A stretch of 64,000 bases of DNA, from positions 1 through 64,000 of the forward strand of contig JAQGDQ010001031.1 in assembly GCA_030141605.1 (NCBI GenBank). Direction: 5' to 3'. Shown here piece after piece: positions 1 through 13,700 of the stretch. The stretch's first letter is position 1. Each line of letters opens with the position of its first letter. The notes under the pieces were generated by a model that saw only the letters and a list, made by a program, of their open reading frames with translations, did not search any database and was not told the origin of the DNA. This DNA comes from Tubiluchus corallicola (taxonomy: Eukaryota > Animalia > Priapulida). The position numbers and the translations under genes are program-made.

Positions 1-1814
1 GTTAAATACGAAAGATGATGCTTATTGACATTTGGAATATTTTGTGCCAATGTTGATCCAACTTCAACAAAAAACTTATTAAATTTATCAGCCATTAACT
101 GGGGTTGGGTTATTTGCTCATTATTAATAACTAATTTAGTAGGACAATTCTTTTGGGCTTTTAGTTTTACTAGTTCATTGACTATTTTCCACATTGATTT
201 AATATCTTTATTAGCTGACTGAAATTTCTTAATATAATATAGTTCTTTGCTTTTATTTTTTAATTTATTCAGGATATTGGCATATGTTTTATATTTATTT
301 TGCTTATTCACATCATTAGATTTAAATAATGTTACATACATTTTTTGTTTTTTCCTAACACTAACAAGTATTCCTCTAGTAATCCAAGGTTTTTCTAATA
401 ATTTGCATTCTTTTTTTGAAAGCATTCTTAATGGTGCATGTTTATCTATAGTAGAAATTAATGTATTTAAAAAATAATTATAATATTCTGTGGGACTATT
501 ACAAGTAAGATATTGTTCAAAATTTAAGAAACTAGTTTCTAAGTCATCTATAAACTTTTGTTTATTAAAATTTTTGAAATTACGTTTATGAGTTTTGTAA
601 TTTTTATCTCTAGTTACGCTAATATTTTTTACTGTTGCAAAAATTGGCAAATGATCACTAATATTATAAAGGCATATACCAGAATTAATTTCAGTGTTTA
701 TGCAATTACTATAGATGTGATCAATTAAAGTTTTTGATTTGACTCTGGTTGGTCTTGTAATTAAAGGGTAACAAAACTGCGAAAATAACATATCAATATA
801 TTGAGCTGTAAAATTATGACTATCACATTTCAGCAGATCAATGTTGAGATCACCCATAATATATAATTTTTTGTGTTCCGCATTTACAATTTTTATTGTG
901 CTTTCAAGTTCAGATTTGAAATGCTTTAAGGAATCCAAAGTACCGCCTGGATGTCGGTAAATTAGCCCAACTACCACTCCAGCATGTTGTTTTGCGTCCA
1001 ATTCTATCCACAAATTTTCACAGTTATTAACATTAAGCTTAAGATCTGATCTATCAAAGTACGTCAATGAAGAATGGATATATAAACCCACACCACCGAT
1101 ATGTGTTTCCAAACTGGAGTCATGTCTTAGGAGTTCAAAATAACCTGGAAGGTCATAATTTGATACAGAAACGTTGCTCAGTCGTGTCTCAGAAATGCCT
1201 AATATTTTAATAGGGTTTCTTAAAGGAGAAAGTAATTCGTGAATAAGTTCAATTTTTTCTTCATTTAAACTGACAACGTTCATGTGCATCATAGTTAAAT
1301 CGGATGAGTTACTATCAATGCATAAATGAAACTCATCAGGAGAAAAATATTGTGAGGTAATAGACGGTATTATAGTGTCGGGATCATGCTGATCGTAGTT
1401 ATTTAAGGTAAAACATTGACTATTTAAAATATCTGGTAGATCGCTAAAATCTTCAAATTTAGTATGATATAATAATTTACGTAAATCAGAGTCATCTAAT
1501 TTAGAGAAAGGAAAGACATTGTCATAACACACCGGGCACATGAATGGATCATTATTACTCATATAGGTTGGTATAGATACACATCTGCGATGGTAATATG
1601 AATTGCAATAAGAACATTGGATAATAATTCCGTAATTAGTAATCAACTTGTAACATAAACCACAGCAATTAGACTCATCCGTGTTAGTAACATCTTCAAC
1701 AAACAAACTTTGAAGAATCTCAAAAACTAAATTCAAACTGAAGTAGCTACTGCTTAACGAGAAAAAAATCTTAATATTTTGATTTGTTGTTTTTGAATAT
1801 ATGCAATTACAACA
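1..1814 (-). mobile_element. L2/CR1-group (Crack/Daphne-like) LINE ORF2: PHD finger plus APE endonuclease; open frame runs off the window start
   Basis: Manual minus-strand translation shows no stop from ~1814 to base 1. It reads CCGLC...QCSYCNSYYHRRC...FMCPVC (PHD), then MHMNVVSL, LGISETRL, GGVGLYI, GLIYRHP, IMGDLNIDLL, TRPTR..KTLIDHIY, SDHLPIF (APE motifs), then KPWIT and FNKFF (pre-RT region). The ORF track misses it because its stop lies outside the window. Confidence 0.9.
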
Positions 1815-2199
1815 CTAATATCTCACCGTGGAATACATTAAAAACAATGTAAATATTAAAGCATAAATTAATGAATAAAGGGTTTAGATTTTCAATCTAG
1901 TGAATATACATAAGCTTGCAAAGAGGAAAAAAATAAATTAACAATTTTAGTCTTAACTCCTGACTTATTTTAACTTTGTAAATTGTGCAAATTGAAAAAC
2001 AAAATTTAGTAACACAGACGTATCTACAATACAGCTTAGTTTAACTGATTACAAGCCTGCAAGAGTACACTACTAGTACACACACTGTAAGGGACTAAAC
2101 TTATTGTACAGCACATAAACATCAACATGGTGAATTTAAGCTTCAAACATAACACAGTCTTTACTATAATTTCACTCCAGCAGTAGTCATAAATATCAT

Positions 2200-4260
2200 C
2201 CTATTATTAAATTGCTCTATGCTAAGACAGCTAAAGTCATTCGTGATAATATTATCAATTAGAGTTGAAGTGGAGCTAGTAGCTTGAGTTGGTTTATTTT
2301 TCAGAGGGAAGTACCCATAAGAATATAGAGTTTCCAAAAATTCATGTGTTGGAGTATGTTCATTAAATTTTAATAAATCTAAGTTGAAGTCTCCTAGAAT
2401 GAAACAATTTTTATTCTCACGTCTTATTACTTCTAAAATACAGTTTAGCTTTTCATTAAAATTTTCTATATTTGCACCATAACCAGGAGGCCTATATATA
2501 ATGCCCACTGGCACATTTTTACGACTCATAGTCGGACTTTTAATTTCGACACACATTATCCGACATATTGGCTCGTTGCAGTTTCAATCATTTCTAATAT
2601 CAAAATCTAAGTGGTCCTTTATGTAAATAGATACCCCACTACCACGCTGCCCAGTATCTCTAGTTTGACTAACGTGATTATAGCCTGGAATTTCGTAAAT
2701 CATAGAATCTTCATTTGTTAGCCAAGTCTCAGAAAGCCATATACGTCAAATTCACGATTAATGCTTTTTATGTAACATAAGACTTCGTTTAAATTTGCTT
2801 GAGTACTTCTTATAATTTAGATGCAACAGTGATAGGTGGCAGGGACTATTTACTTTGAGACCCGAAAGAGCATTAGCATTATAGTAAGGACAGATTAATA
2901 ACGCACTGTTGTAACAGTTACTGTCACCATCTACTTCTCTTAATTGATGTTTTAAAGATTCTTCCATTTCAAAAGGCGAAAATAATAATTAATTGAGTTT
3001 TTCAAAATTAACAAAGTACGAGTCTCTATTAATTGCGGTTAAACAATATTTATCATTATCTAAATGATTAAAAGCAAAAAGTTTGTCATTACACACATGA
3101 CACGTCCAGTTTTCATTTTTCACTGTTTTATAATCTGAGATATAGATACGTGTGCAATTTAAATGGTAGTTATTGAAGTAGAGGGAGCAAATGAGTTTTT
3201 TGCATTTAAATGGATTGTTTTTTACACCTATCACATTTTTCACATTTCATCGTGAGTTATTTTGGTTTAAGCCGTTCAACCTCATCTAAATATACCTTAC
3301 ATTCCCGGCTCCAGGTTTCATGTGATTTTTTGCAGTTAGCACACTGGCTTGGCTTTTATCTGATTTGCAACTAGCGGTTTCGTGACTTCCTGCACATTAC
3401 CCGCATTTATCAGATTGGTCACACCACTAGAATACATGTCGAAAATTCTGACAGTTATAGCATCGTAGAGGACTTTGTGTAGCAATGAACACTTCGACGC
3501 CGCAAATCATATTTCCTATTGGTATGCCAATTTCATAGCATTGTCTAGCTCTACTTCCTATGTAAACTTAACCTTAACTACAGGACGTTCTTTATCACTT
3601 TTCCTTTTCAACCTTTCAGTTTCAGCTTCTGGTTACACGACTTTAACATCGGTCAGTAATTCATCATTACTTGGCGAAATGTCGCCGTCTCTTAACAATC
3701 CCAGGTATTGTTTAACTGGCTTTCTCGCGTTAGTGTTTGTCCCGAAATAGTAGGGTTTCTAGTTCCTTATTGTTGTATCTGCTGTCTCGGTATCGCAAAG
3801 CTGTTTTTGAATCTTGCCTTTCGCAGTTGTAATGGCTGAATCGATTCAGTGCGAGGGAAGTGTTCACACACATTTTTCTTTATAATGGCATTGTTAGTAG
3901 CTATGTGTGGATCTTTAACGTTATCGATTATTACAGTGCGGTTAGGATCGTATGGCATTTTCGTGCTGGTTACATGATTGCTCTTTACCATTGTGTTGTT
4001 TGCTGAACCAGCACTTAGGCCTACCATTGTACTATATGTTGGCTTGGGATTGTTCATTTTCTCCCAGAGCATTTATTATGTTATTGAGTTTATCAATGAC
4101 TTCGTCTGGTTGCATGCTTAAAGTTTCATTCTTAAGTTGTATAATCTCAGTTTTTAATTCAGTAATATTAGTTGACAGATCAGTATTACCTTTTAGTTCC
4201 TCTAGTTCAGCCCTCATCGATTTTATTTTTTTAGTTAATTGAGTCAATACAGTTGTTTGG
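2200..4260 (-). mobile_element. Second, degenerate L2/CR1-group LINE: ORF1 (coiled coil plus CCHC knuckles) and a 3'-truncated ORF2 (PHD plus APE)
   Basis: ORF 4032-4247 is coiled-coil-like and ORF 3767-4072 continues it. About 3330-3475 reads PLRCYNCQNFRH...KCG*CAGSHETASC (gag-like knuckles). ORF 2989-3243 has YHLNC..WTCHVC. ORF 2164-2556 has GIIYRPP, ILGDFNLDLL, TLIDNII. Multiple stops and frameshifts. Confidence 0.8.
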
Positions 4261-4271
4261 ATTCCTCCACA

Positions 4272-4480
4272 TTTCTGTATAGTAAGGTGCCTTTGATTAA
4301 AGAAACTTCAGAAAGAGAGCAGTAGGAGCTAACTCTGTTTTTATATAGACCCGTGTGTAGCTACTGATTTTTGTTTCTGCATAGTAAGGTATCTTTGATT
4401 AAAGAAACTACAGAAAGAAAGCAGTGAGAGCTAACTCTGTTTTTATGTAGAACCCTGTGTAACTACTGATTTTAGTTCAG
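4272..4480. repeat. Two tandem copies of a ~103-bp unit
   Basis: tctgtatagtaaggt...aaagaaac...gctaactctgtttttat...ctactgatttt occurs twice head-to-tail. Confidence 0.85.
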
Positions 4481-5314
4481 TAATGGGACGTGTTTTTGCA
4501 AATTCTCTAATCGGATGTTACTCATAGCGCAAAACTTCAGCTTAAAATTAAATGTCGTTATAATAGCAAGAAAGCGCCAAAATCTCAATTTTGTTAAAAT
4601 TGTATTTTTGCATGGCGGAATAGTTGAGCTCGCCCGCCATTAATTAAGTTTTTAATTTGTAATTTAATTATCAAAAAACGCTTTTGCATTTGTGTTAAAA
4701 TGTATACCATTTATGAGACTTGAGAGTGGTTTTGTATAAGAAAAATCATCCTGTCTTCCTTAAACTCCAGAATGCTTTATAAATAATATTTTAATCATAG
4801 AGATTTCATACGCCTTTTAAAGCAATGTAATGTTCACTGTGCGGTAACTTATAACGTATGTTATGTGCTTGTACGTAAATGCGCTTTACACTTCATTAGA
4901 TGTTAGTGCTTTTATTAAACGGCTCATGCTATTAGCACCACAAAAATCGCTAAATTGATTTGTTGTCATTTTATAGCGCTTTGCTTCTTTAATCCAGATT
5001 TGCTGAGCAGCTTATCGGATTAAACTAGAAAACTAGCAAAAGAAAAAACTAATGCAACTAATGACTATTATAACCATATGAGGTATTCAACGTAGGATGA
5101 TTTACTCTGTCTATCAGCTTCGTGACAACGTGATCAATGTGTGAAAGATCAGTCAACTTCTACCACTAAAATCGTGTTACTCCTTTAAAATGACTAATAA
5201 AGCCGGCGATCATTGATCACCTTTAATTTTTACATCCTTGCTCACTACACACAAAATTTAATGTAATGGCTGACAATCAAGAAAACTGAGGCGTTCTTTC
5301 TTTTATTCCCGCAG

Positions 5315-5799
5315 GTGGCGCTTTCATGGATGAACACTTTGTAATTCTCAGTGCAGACATTGTGAGGATAATATTGGACTTACATAGAAGAGAAGAGCTT
5401 CTATGTACAAATTATGGTGGATTTGCTCTTGGATGGTGGCTGAGTACTTGGGAAGAAAAAACCAACCAAAAACTGAATTTCTTTGGTGACAATCAGCGCC
5501 ATTACACCGACAAAGTTAGTTTATCTGTCAAACGTGAAAACATACAAAATTACGAAGAGCTGTGTGAACGTTATATAAGTGTTCACCGATGGCTTTTGAC
5601 AGAAAATATGAGTAAAGTATGGTACAATAAAAACACAACATTGCATAAGAAGTATTCTGTTCCACCACTAAAGATGGACAAATGCAACTGGCAAAGAGAA
5701 CGTCCTTTTGAGGTTAACAATCTGCAGCAATTGCTGCCTTGCCAAAGTGCTAGTTTCGAATCAAAATCTGACATATGGGTTGGGTGGCAAGGGATCTGA
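5315..5799 (+). CDS. Terminal coding exon of a divergent GT31 (beta-1,3-galactosyltransferase / B3GALT6-like) protein; upstream exons not identified
   Basis: Strong acceptor ttctttcttttattcccgcag|g at 5314, then an open frame to TGA at 5799. FVILSADIV..ALGWWL..GDNQRH..C.RYISVH resembles the B3GALT6 C-terminal half (YVLSADLV..SLGAWL..HDPRF..C..YLVTH). Confidence 0.55.
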
Positions 5800-7099
5800 T
5801 AGATATTTAAACGTCTGTTCAATTTATATTATTATGGAGATTCCATTAGAAGAAACAAATAAGTTTTACTGTTTTAGTTGAAAAGAAACTTTAAATTGAG
5901 ATATGTTGCTCAATTTATATCATCCCTGTATTATTAAATAATATTGACCTAGCTTTGTTAATATTTACTGTCAGCTTCCATACTTCACAACAGTTTCATA
6001 ACTTATTAAGAGCATTTGTAAACCTGTTTCGGATTTGGAAAAAAATAACGCTGTAGGTACTGTATATTATAGTATATAAGTACATTTAAATGTTATATAA
6101 ATAAAACAAAAATTATTTCTGCCAAAGAATAATCCTTCTGAATTCTAAAACAATTGCTGTGTTTACAGAATGTCCTGCGACGAGATAACTCATACAGCCC
6201 TTGATTGTTAAGCAAAATAGTTTTTGCACCGTTTTTTTGCAAATCGACTTAATAACCAAATATACCAAAATTTATTATCAGACATCTGGAATGCCCATGC
6301 GTATGAGCATGCAGCCGTTTATCAGGCCTGCCTTATGCACTATTTCTTCTCCAACTATTTCCTATTGATTTTTTATATGCAGCTATTCTGCAGGTGGATA
6401 ACGCATAACGCATGTCTGATAAACCGCACTTTAGGATCCTGGGCCACCAAAACTGCTCAGCGCCCGTATGATGACATTGATTAACTATGTAATATGTTAT
6501 AATAATTATATTTCATGTGCGTATTTCTAGTCTAATATCACTTTTTATGCAGTGTAAAGCTGGTGTCCTAGCATTTACCACAAAGCTTTTTCAATTCTAA
6601 AGATAAAATTTTATTTTACAGTTTAGTATATTTTTTTATTCTGAATTACACACATATGTGTCCGCCATAATGTTTTCAGTGCTTAGAGCCTCTCATGTTC
6701 TTAATCCAGCCCTTTTCTCATAAGATTTGTTTCTAGTTTGGTGAACGGTAAAATTGAACGTGACTTAAAAACTCCGCCTTAACACATTCATAATATCAAA
6801 ATTTGCAAACCTAAAAGTAGCGTTGCCTATCATGTGCTTGCAGCAAGTCATGCCATTTATTTCAACAATGCTAGCACAATTTATTCCTATACAATAACAA
6901 ATAGTATGATAGTTTGAGCAACGAGTTTTTGTCTCATAACATCTTACTTTTGTCAACAAATCTCTGCATTAGTTAAATTTTCAAAAACTTTACCCGTTAT
7001 TCTGTTCACTTACTACCATGCAGACTTTCCACAATTTACGTTAACAAAGCAAACGGTATAATACAAGATAAATAACATAATATAAAATACAAAAAGGAA

Positions 7100-8120
7100 A
7101 AGGGAAATTAATTACAATGATGGATGGACAGGAAGTACTAGGCACAGAGCTACCTTAAACATTTAACAGAGATTGTGTTTGTTGCGCATAATAGAATGGC
7201 TTGGAAAAGCAATTATGATTCAGTATGTGCAGATGAAACAAAACTGAAATGACGTTTGTTGATGTTTGAATGATATTTTGTGTTATTAATATGATCCAAG
7301 ATTGTTGTACGTGGTTTTTTGAGTTTTTAATGTTAAATGGAAGATCAACAGCTTTTTGCTTTCCTTTTTACCATCTAATGATGAGATGTTTTAGCAGCGT
7401 ATTCATTTGATTAATATTTAATATGAACAGCATGTGACCCTATATTTAAATTTAAAATGACATCCTAGGCTTTAATTCGATATCAAAGTCATAAGGAGAT
7501 CGATTTGAGGATATAATTACGACTAATTTAGAAATATCGTTTTTTGGTGTAAAGAGTTTCTACCATTTAAAAAACTCAGAGATTATTTTTTGGGACTCAT
7601 TAAATGGCATTTTGTTTATTGAAGTTTTTATTCAAAAATTTTCTAGTGACCTAAAATAATGTCCTCTAGAAAACTACTACCATTTTTGCCAGGATTTCTA
7701 TTCGAAACAGCGAAATTTCACCTTGTCTAAATATCAGCAGTTTTATATACGCCATGAACTCCAGAGTTCTTCAAAGCAAAACTAAAAATGTAAGCATCAC
7801 ATTAATCACTCCAGTCCAGCAAGCTCAAAGTGAATCTTACAGAGGAGGAAAGTAACACTCTGAAATGGCTGAAAAACTGAATGAATCATAATTATCACCA
7901 AACCTGACAAAGATAATGACATTGTTATTCTCCACAGAGATCTCATTTATGTCAAAAAATTGAAAAACTTATTTAGGGATTAGCAAATTTAAATTTTCTC
8001 TAGTAGTTTGAAAAGAACACTTAACCTATCATTCACATTATGTTAAATTGTCAGCACGAAGTACATTTTAAAAAATGTGCCCAGATGTTCATTACTTTGT
8101 ATATTATATGGAACATCTAA
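7100..8120 (-). mobile_element. Highly degenerate Penelope-like element remnant
   Basis: The reverse complement of ~7460-7540 (tctaaattagtc...ttatatcctcaaatcgatctcc) matches 9250-9350. The decayed C-terminus FSFVSSAHTE..LL....NV.GSSVP resembles the end of a Penelope GIY-YIG domain. Confidence 0.5.
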
Positions 8121-8699
8121 AGTACAAAAAACAGGAAGCCTTAGACTTACTATTTTATCCCTGCGAAATTGTGAGCACCTAGTAGAAAACATTACGACTG
8201 CGTTTAAATCACCAGACGCGGCTTTTTTGTGTCCATCTCGCGAGAATGTCGGTTAAATTTCGCATGACATGTTGGACGACATTTGTGGGAATATACGTGA
8301 TCATTTGATGACTCTTCAAAAAAAGAAGTGGAGAACAGCCAAATTTCTCCAAAATGTCACAAAAATGTTGTCACTAAATTGAAAAATGCGTCGTAAAGTT
8401 TTCAAGAATTTTAAAATTGTTGACAAACAGTGAATAAATGGCAACAAATGTGTACATGTTTGGTGCATGTTACAATGAGTTTATAGCTGTTTAATGAAGT
8501 AGTGACTTCTGCAATCCTAGCAGCAATCTTTAGACATTTTAAGTTTTTTTCAACCATAGCTGGCACGAATGTTGGACACCCGCGAATATTTTATGACTAT
8601 TTGGTAGAACTGTTAGGACATGTTTTGGAATTGGTAGGCTTTTGCATAGTGGCCGAAATCCCGCGAAAACCTGTCTTTAGAAATTTAATAATATGTGAC

Positions 8700-9760
8700 A
8701 ACCTTGAATGAAGATAAAGGCATTAGTCTACCTTTTTGTCCTAGTTTGCCCAAATATTCGCCTATTATTGGGAAAAGATTTGAATGTTCAACTTTTAAAT
8801 CGCTTTTATATTGCTGCTACATAGATGATACATATGTATTAGGATTCGTGTGTAAATCTATTGATCACCTAATTTCAATTTTTACTCGTGAAACTGCTCT
8901 GCCATTTTCAGATGTTAAACATGATGGTAGCAGTTTGACCACTGAAGTTTTTAAAAAACAGCACTACTTCGGAATACTGCTCTTTTTTGCTCAGAAAAAT
9001 TATAGTCCAACTTAACACAACCCCTCGTCCATCAGATTTACTATATCCTGATGGTATACCTCGTCCTTTAATTAAGGGGTTTTTTTGTTTTTGAAAGAAA
9101 TCCTAGCAACCGACAACACTGTTGCAAAAGTCATTAAAACACTTTTAAATGAAAACTTCAGTAAACAAAATGTCACCCAACAAGCTCCCATAAAACTATC
9201 TCTCTGTTATTTTTCGTGCCAGGAAAATTTTGGATCTAGAAAACAAAATTGTCAAATTAGTCAAGTCATTATATCCTCAAAATGATCTCCATATTATTTT
9301 GAAATAAAATCATAGCCATTAGAAACTGGTGTCATATGAAATTCAAAGATAGGGTTTCTACATTGTTATTATCATATGTTATTCCCAAATATACATTTCC
9401 CAGCTGCAATACTGAGTACAACATCTACGTTTGATGGTAAAAGCACGTCTCCCATTTAACATTGATAGCTCTAAAAAACCCACATACAAAACATTTTGAA
9501 TCACATTAATAACACTAAACATTATTCTAACATGAGTAATTTCAGTATTATTACCTGTGCACCTAATGAACTTTTCTTTCTTATCAAAGCTAGTCTTTTT
9601 TGATGCACAACAAACCTAATCTTAAAACTCAAGGCATCACTCTTCTAGAATCTATTCACCCCTCTGTCCTATTCCTACCCATCCCCTCATCTGTATACTT
9701 ATGAACAATATCAGCAATATGTTGAAACATGCGTGGATATTTTTAGTGTATTACAGGATT
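8700..9760 (+). mobile_element. Degenerate Penelope-like retroelement (RT plus GIY-YIG remnant)
   Basis: RT-like YIDDTY, LPFSDV and LTTEVFKK; GIY-YIG-like FKDRV...VIPKYTFPSCNTEY and FSIITCA..FLIKASL...KPNL. Many frameshifts. Confidence 0.7.
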
Positions 9761-9853
9761 TTGATTTTTTATGATTTTTAAACTCTTAAATTTGTTGAAA
9801 AACCCCAATCCCAATCCCAAATTGCATTAAGCCTTTTCCATATGTGACTATAA

Positions 9854-10740
9854 TCAGAGTTTTCGAAATAAATCCTCCCTAAAACTATAATTGAACATGG
9901 TGAAGTCCAAATAATATTTTTGATGTATCATACGTCCCAGTTCCAAAGATATATTTTTGTAGTACTTAACTAAAACGTCACTTGAATGCCGTAAAAAGTC
10001 GTTGCTTTGGATTTTTTTGGCAGCAAAGTTTAAATGTTTTGGTGTTAAAATGGGTTTTAAAAAGTTAGTTGCTTCTTTCTCTAATCTCTCAAACTTTCCA
10101 ATAAAATCATACTTTATATAACACACATTACACAAATCCACATATCTCGCCCAGTGTTCATTCAATTCTGAAAATTTAGTTTGCACAATGTACATTAGAA
10201 ATTGCTGGAAAGTCGGAGTCCAGTTTGACAAGGATATGGTGACATTCGTAAAATTCTTATGGAAGAAATAGTAGATTGGTTTGATGAAAAACCTGCTTCC
10301 AGCCTCTATTTTACTTTTGTAAGCTGACAAAAGTCTTCCCAGTGGTTCCCTGACAAACAGGAACTTCTTGTAAGTTTCCAGTACCTCGTGTCGTCTCCTT
10401 TTTCTAAAGATTCTGCGAAATATTAAGGAATATGTTTCAGCATGGATGTTTGAAATTTGCGGTACCTTTGTAATTTTGCTACTTTTTAATGCTAACTCTA
10501 ACAATATACTTTTCCACGTTGTACTCGCCACCTTTGGTATTGCACAGTACAGTAAATTGTAATTATGCACTACATAAGTTTCTTCGAGCCAGCGTTTTAC
10601 ATCCATTATGTTTGCAATATCACCATTAAAAGTATCTGCTTTGAGCTTCTCACACGTGTCTCTTATCAGCTTTTTTCGCCGTCCATTAAAATTTTCCGAT
10701 TCTGCTAGCACCATCTGCCGAGAAACGGAGAAAACACTTT
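9854..10740 (-). CDS. Carbohydrate sulfotransferase (Sulfotransfer_2 / CHST8-14-like), catalytic exon 2
   Basis: 5'-PSB motif YCAIPKVASTTWK, 3'-PB motif KFLFVREPLGRLLSAY, and HWARY..LCNVCYIKYDFIGKFERL. Acceptor tttttttcag| at 10741. Uninterrupted to TGA at 9854. Confidence 0.93.
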
Positions 10741-13700
10741 CTGAAAAAAAATTGTTTAGTATTTAAGTTCAGCTTCCCTTCTTTAACTGAATTACAATTA
10801 TTTATTCATGAACAAACATTAAACTGAATTTAGTATTTGAATTTGAAACGAATTACACATCTTTGTTATGAGAAAACAAAGTGTTAGTACACAATAACAA
10901 GTCTAAGAGAGACAAGGTGGAGAATGACAACACGGTCATCGAGCGTCCAACCTTCTCTCGTAATATCACGATAAATAGTAATAGTAGTTGTCAGTGTTTG
11001 TAAGAACTACCCCTGAGAACTACACTAAACTGACTATAGTAATTGAATTAAAAAAGAAAAATGAAAAATGAAATATTGAAAAAGAAGTAATAATTCGATG
11101 ATTTCATGAAATTACCAAAGTTTCTCAGGATATTGGTCCTTAGTCAGCAGCTAGGAAACTATAAACAAAATTCTGAGGTAAGTAAGCATGAAATAACTTT
11201 ACTTTACTGTTTAGTGCTTGGCCTCCTAGGTGACCGTGGACACCAGCCCAAGGAATGAAGCTGTGTCATTAGTAAGGCCCATCAAATCAGCAATGTATCC
11301 CACCCTAGTAATCCACGTGTTGTCGAAAGTAAGACAGGGGCATCCATAACAAATCCAGTTAGTTCGCACAGAGCAGCTGCTGCTGGATTGTCTGGCCAAG
11401 CAGATTCAGCAGTGTGCAATGTGGTCGAGGAGATGAAAAAGGCGTTACTTGATGATACTAACGTCACTGAATGTGACCCTGATTATTGATCTCTGATCAA
11501 TAGTTCAGACTGGTTAGTGAAATTTATATGAAGCAATCAAATTTTGATTAATCAGTGTCAATGACAATAGAAGCCTCATATCTGCTGTTGTTGCAGTTTC
11601 AGTTTTGTTCAATGGAGAGAAAGGGCCAGGATCAGACAATGTGGTAAGAGTGTGATACAGTAATATGAGGAAATGTGACTTTCTATTTTCAACAAAGTTG
11701 GTTTCAGTGTGGTCATTTATTGGTTAAAAAGAAACTTGGATTTGGCTTTCACAAATAACACAACTGTTTTCTAATATTGTGAAGACACAGTACAACATTT
11801 CCACCTGCAGCATATAACTTAGTAATTCTATTTATCAAATCTTTGTTCCAAACTAGGCAATTCAATGAACTAATCTAACTGAGGCAGGGTAATGTTAGTC
11901 TTTCTGTGTTCTGAATATTGAGGGATGCCACGAGAATTTCAACTCCATGACAATTTCTCAATTCTTCACATAATGTTAATAACCACAACACTTTTCTTGT
12001 TTATCACTTAAAACGTGCTATATGACTTGTTCAATACTAATGCTTTAACAAACTGTTTTAAATATATTGATGTTGCTTAGTTGTTTATTATCGTAATTAA
12101 TTTTGTTTATTAATAGTAAATAGTGTTGATGAAAACGGCTTAATCTGTTAGAATGTCTTTGTTTGTTGTATTTTGTTTATATCTGTGTTAAACCAACCAA
12201 TCACATACTTCACTGCCTTAATACTCAATTTGTTTTCAATTGCTTTGTTATAGGGTTATTCATTTCTAGTTTTTTTAAGTATTTCATGCTCGAGTATTGT
12301 ATGAAGCATCACCACTAGGACATTGACTTAGTAATTGCTTGTACCAAGTGGTACCTCATGAGGGTCCACCTAGCTAAGATAGCTCCCTGGTTCTGTGAAA
12401 AGTTTTTGCTGTTAAAAAAGGCAACGAAAAGCTGACCGAGGGGCAGTAACTTTCTGGCAGTCACTCAGTGAACTCTCTAACTAGCTCGTACCAGTTTCTG
12501 TCAAGGCACTGCTTTTTAGCTTGGCAAACGTGCCTCATTGGAAAAGGTTATCTGTCGTCACATAGCTTGTGTTGTGGCAATATGTTTAGAACAGTGAGGT
12601 TACAAAAGTGTATCGTCTCAAAACAAACAGACGTTAATTTAGTCACTTTTCTTTTTTCTCACCAATGCAATGTAATACAAAACGATCGCCAAAGGGAATA
12701 ATTACAAAAGATTACAATAACAGCTTCTCATTTTCTTCTACATTAAGCACTTGAAGTCCGCCTGGGAATGGTACATTGATTTGCCTACCAGCATTGTTTA
12801 CCAAGATAAATACATGCTCCGCTATTAAACATGTACATAACCTCACCATCAGAATGATATAAGCATCTAAATCTTACTTTGAGAACAACGAAAGCGCATC
12901 TAGTTTTGTAATTACATGTAACTAGTAACCCGAAATTAAGCTTACCGATCAAAAAAATCTCCGTTCTCTCAGTTCCTAAAATCTCTTGTTGTTGGTTTCT
13001 CTCAGTAGTTAACGAAAAATTCGACATTACATTTTTTTGGTCAGCAAGAGTTTGTGCCTGTTTGAGGCCCGTCACTAATTAACGAGTCACATAACAAGTT
13101 TATTAAAACAGTTAAGCCCTTGTGAAACTTGCTAATTAGTTCACTAGTCAAAGTTGACTATGTTTAAAACTTAACGAGATTTTTGTGAAAATGGTACCTA
13201 CTGACACTTTGATCTTTGCATTTTGTCTTATTAATTACAGCTCATCTATTCAATGAAGGTTCGACTAGTTTGTAACAAATATGAGAGCCCTCTCTTGAAC
13301 CTGCCATCTTTAACATGCAAAAACGTTGAATGCCTTTTAAGCAAATTCTGTAAATGCCACTCTCATGTTTGCAGCATGTCAATTCATGTTGTCAATTTAC
13401 AGTCAATTCACGTATGTCAGTTTATTGCCATTTTATCACTTTCTTTAATTTAGCTTTTATTCTGGTAATACCAATAATGCACAGTTTTTTGTTCTTACAC
13501 AATCGTTTTTTTATTCTCTCTCTCTCTCTCTCTCTCTATCTGATTATATTTTAAATCAGTAATGTTAAACTAATATTCTGCTATGACTGATTTTGATTCT
13601 CACTGATATATATTGTTTTAACATTCCACCTGCAATTTTTCAGCTTATGAGGCCTGTTAGGGTGAAAGCTTCTGAAATAAATAAACTTATTGTGAGCTAT

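Noticed and set aside
25-477. Plus-strand ORFs 25-222 and 247-477
   Set aside because: Antisense shadows of the LINE ORF2.
11200-13200. GC-richer patches and MITE-like ends inside the sulfotransferase intron
   Set aside because: Probably old transposon debris, but I could not identify paired termini or a diagnostic motif.
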